Below, in pieces: positions 30,476-31,045 of a stretch of 31,045 bases of DNA (its first letter is position 1; the number at the start of each line of letters is the position of its first letter). The translations under genes and the position numbers were made by a program. The notes beneath the pieces were generated by a model. The model searched no databases. It was not told the DNA's origin and was given only the letters and a program-made list of their open reading frames with translations. This DNA comes from Octopus sinensis (lineage: Eukaryota): NCBI RefSeq assembly GCF_006345805.1, contig NW_021832315.1, positions 1 through 31,045 of the forward strand. Direction: 5' to 3'.

Positions 30476-31045
30476 GATATTATACAAGAATGAATTTGAC
30501 GTAATTCTCTTCCAGATCATAAAAAACAGGGTTGTTTTTGTTTTGTTTGGGTTGGTTTTTATTTCATTTATTTTTTTTTTTTTTTTGCTTTGATTTTTAA
30601 AAATTTTTGTTAAGAAATGTTAAGAATGAAGTAACCGCTATTAAAAAACCAGAGTCGGTGCATCATCTCAACAGAAATCTTTTGATAAAGTTCACAGATT
30701 CGGATAAGTTCGTGTGTCGTGGGGAGACGAAGCTACTGACATTTCAATCAGAGCTCTTCTTCGTAAACAAAGTTTCTGTTTTTCTCTTGTTGTTGCTGTT
30801 GTTGTTGTTGTTTTGAAGTACCGGCGCAGTTAAGAATTCATATTCACTTGGACGCTACGTAGTTTTGGGTTCATTTCCACTGCGCGACAAACATTACTTG
30901 CCAGTATAGTTACACTGCGTTCATCTCTTACAGACATTTTATAACTAGCTGCTTGCTTGTTGCAAGACCAGCGACCTAACGATTATGCCAGCCCGCCACT
31001 TTGGTTAAAAGATTGATAATGATAGATCTTCCCTTATTGCCAAAG

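Overview
AT-rich, microsatellite-dense metazoan genomic DNA. It is most likely from an octopus or other coleoid cephalopod; this is inferred from repeat families I recognise and was not verified. The window looks intronic or intergenic, and no intact host gene can be supported. It holds four tRNA-headed SINE families, labelled A-D here. It also holds decayed DNA transposons (two mariners, Tigger/pogo, Tc1 DD34E, hAT, and an unclassified transposase-like pseudogene), retroelement fragments (Penelope RT plus GIY-YIG, an RTE 3' end, an RLE-type LINE), a Helitron-like element with canonical A|TC...CTAG|T ends, and several MITE or foldback elements. The most notable structure: (i) SINE-C carries three unrelated 3' tails that all switch at the same 12-nt motif; (ii) SINE-B forms multimers inside single TSD pairs, with a recurrent junction at the loop of its tRNA-like head; (iii) a 197-bp SINE-derived tandem array; (iv) an 18-bp repeat whose unit differences are 9/10 synonymous in a minus-strand (LAPLPP)n frame; (v) a CpG-rich minus-strand promoter/first-exon candidate hit by a young SINE. 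Coordinates were read by eye; boundaries without TSDs are approximate.
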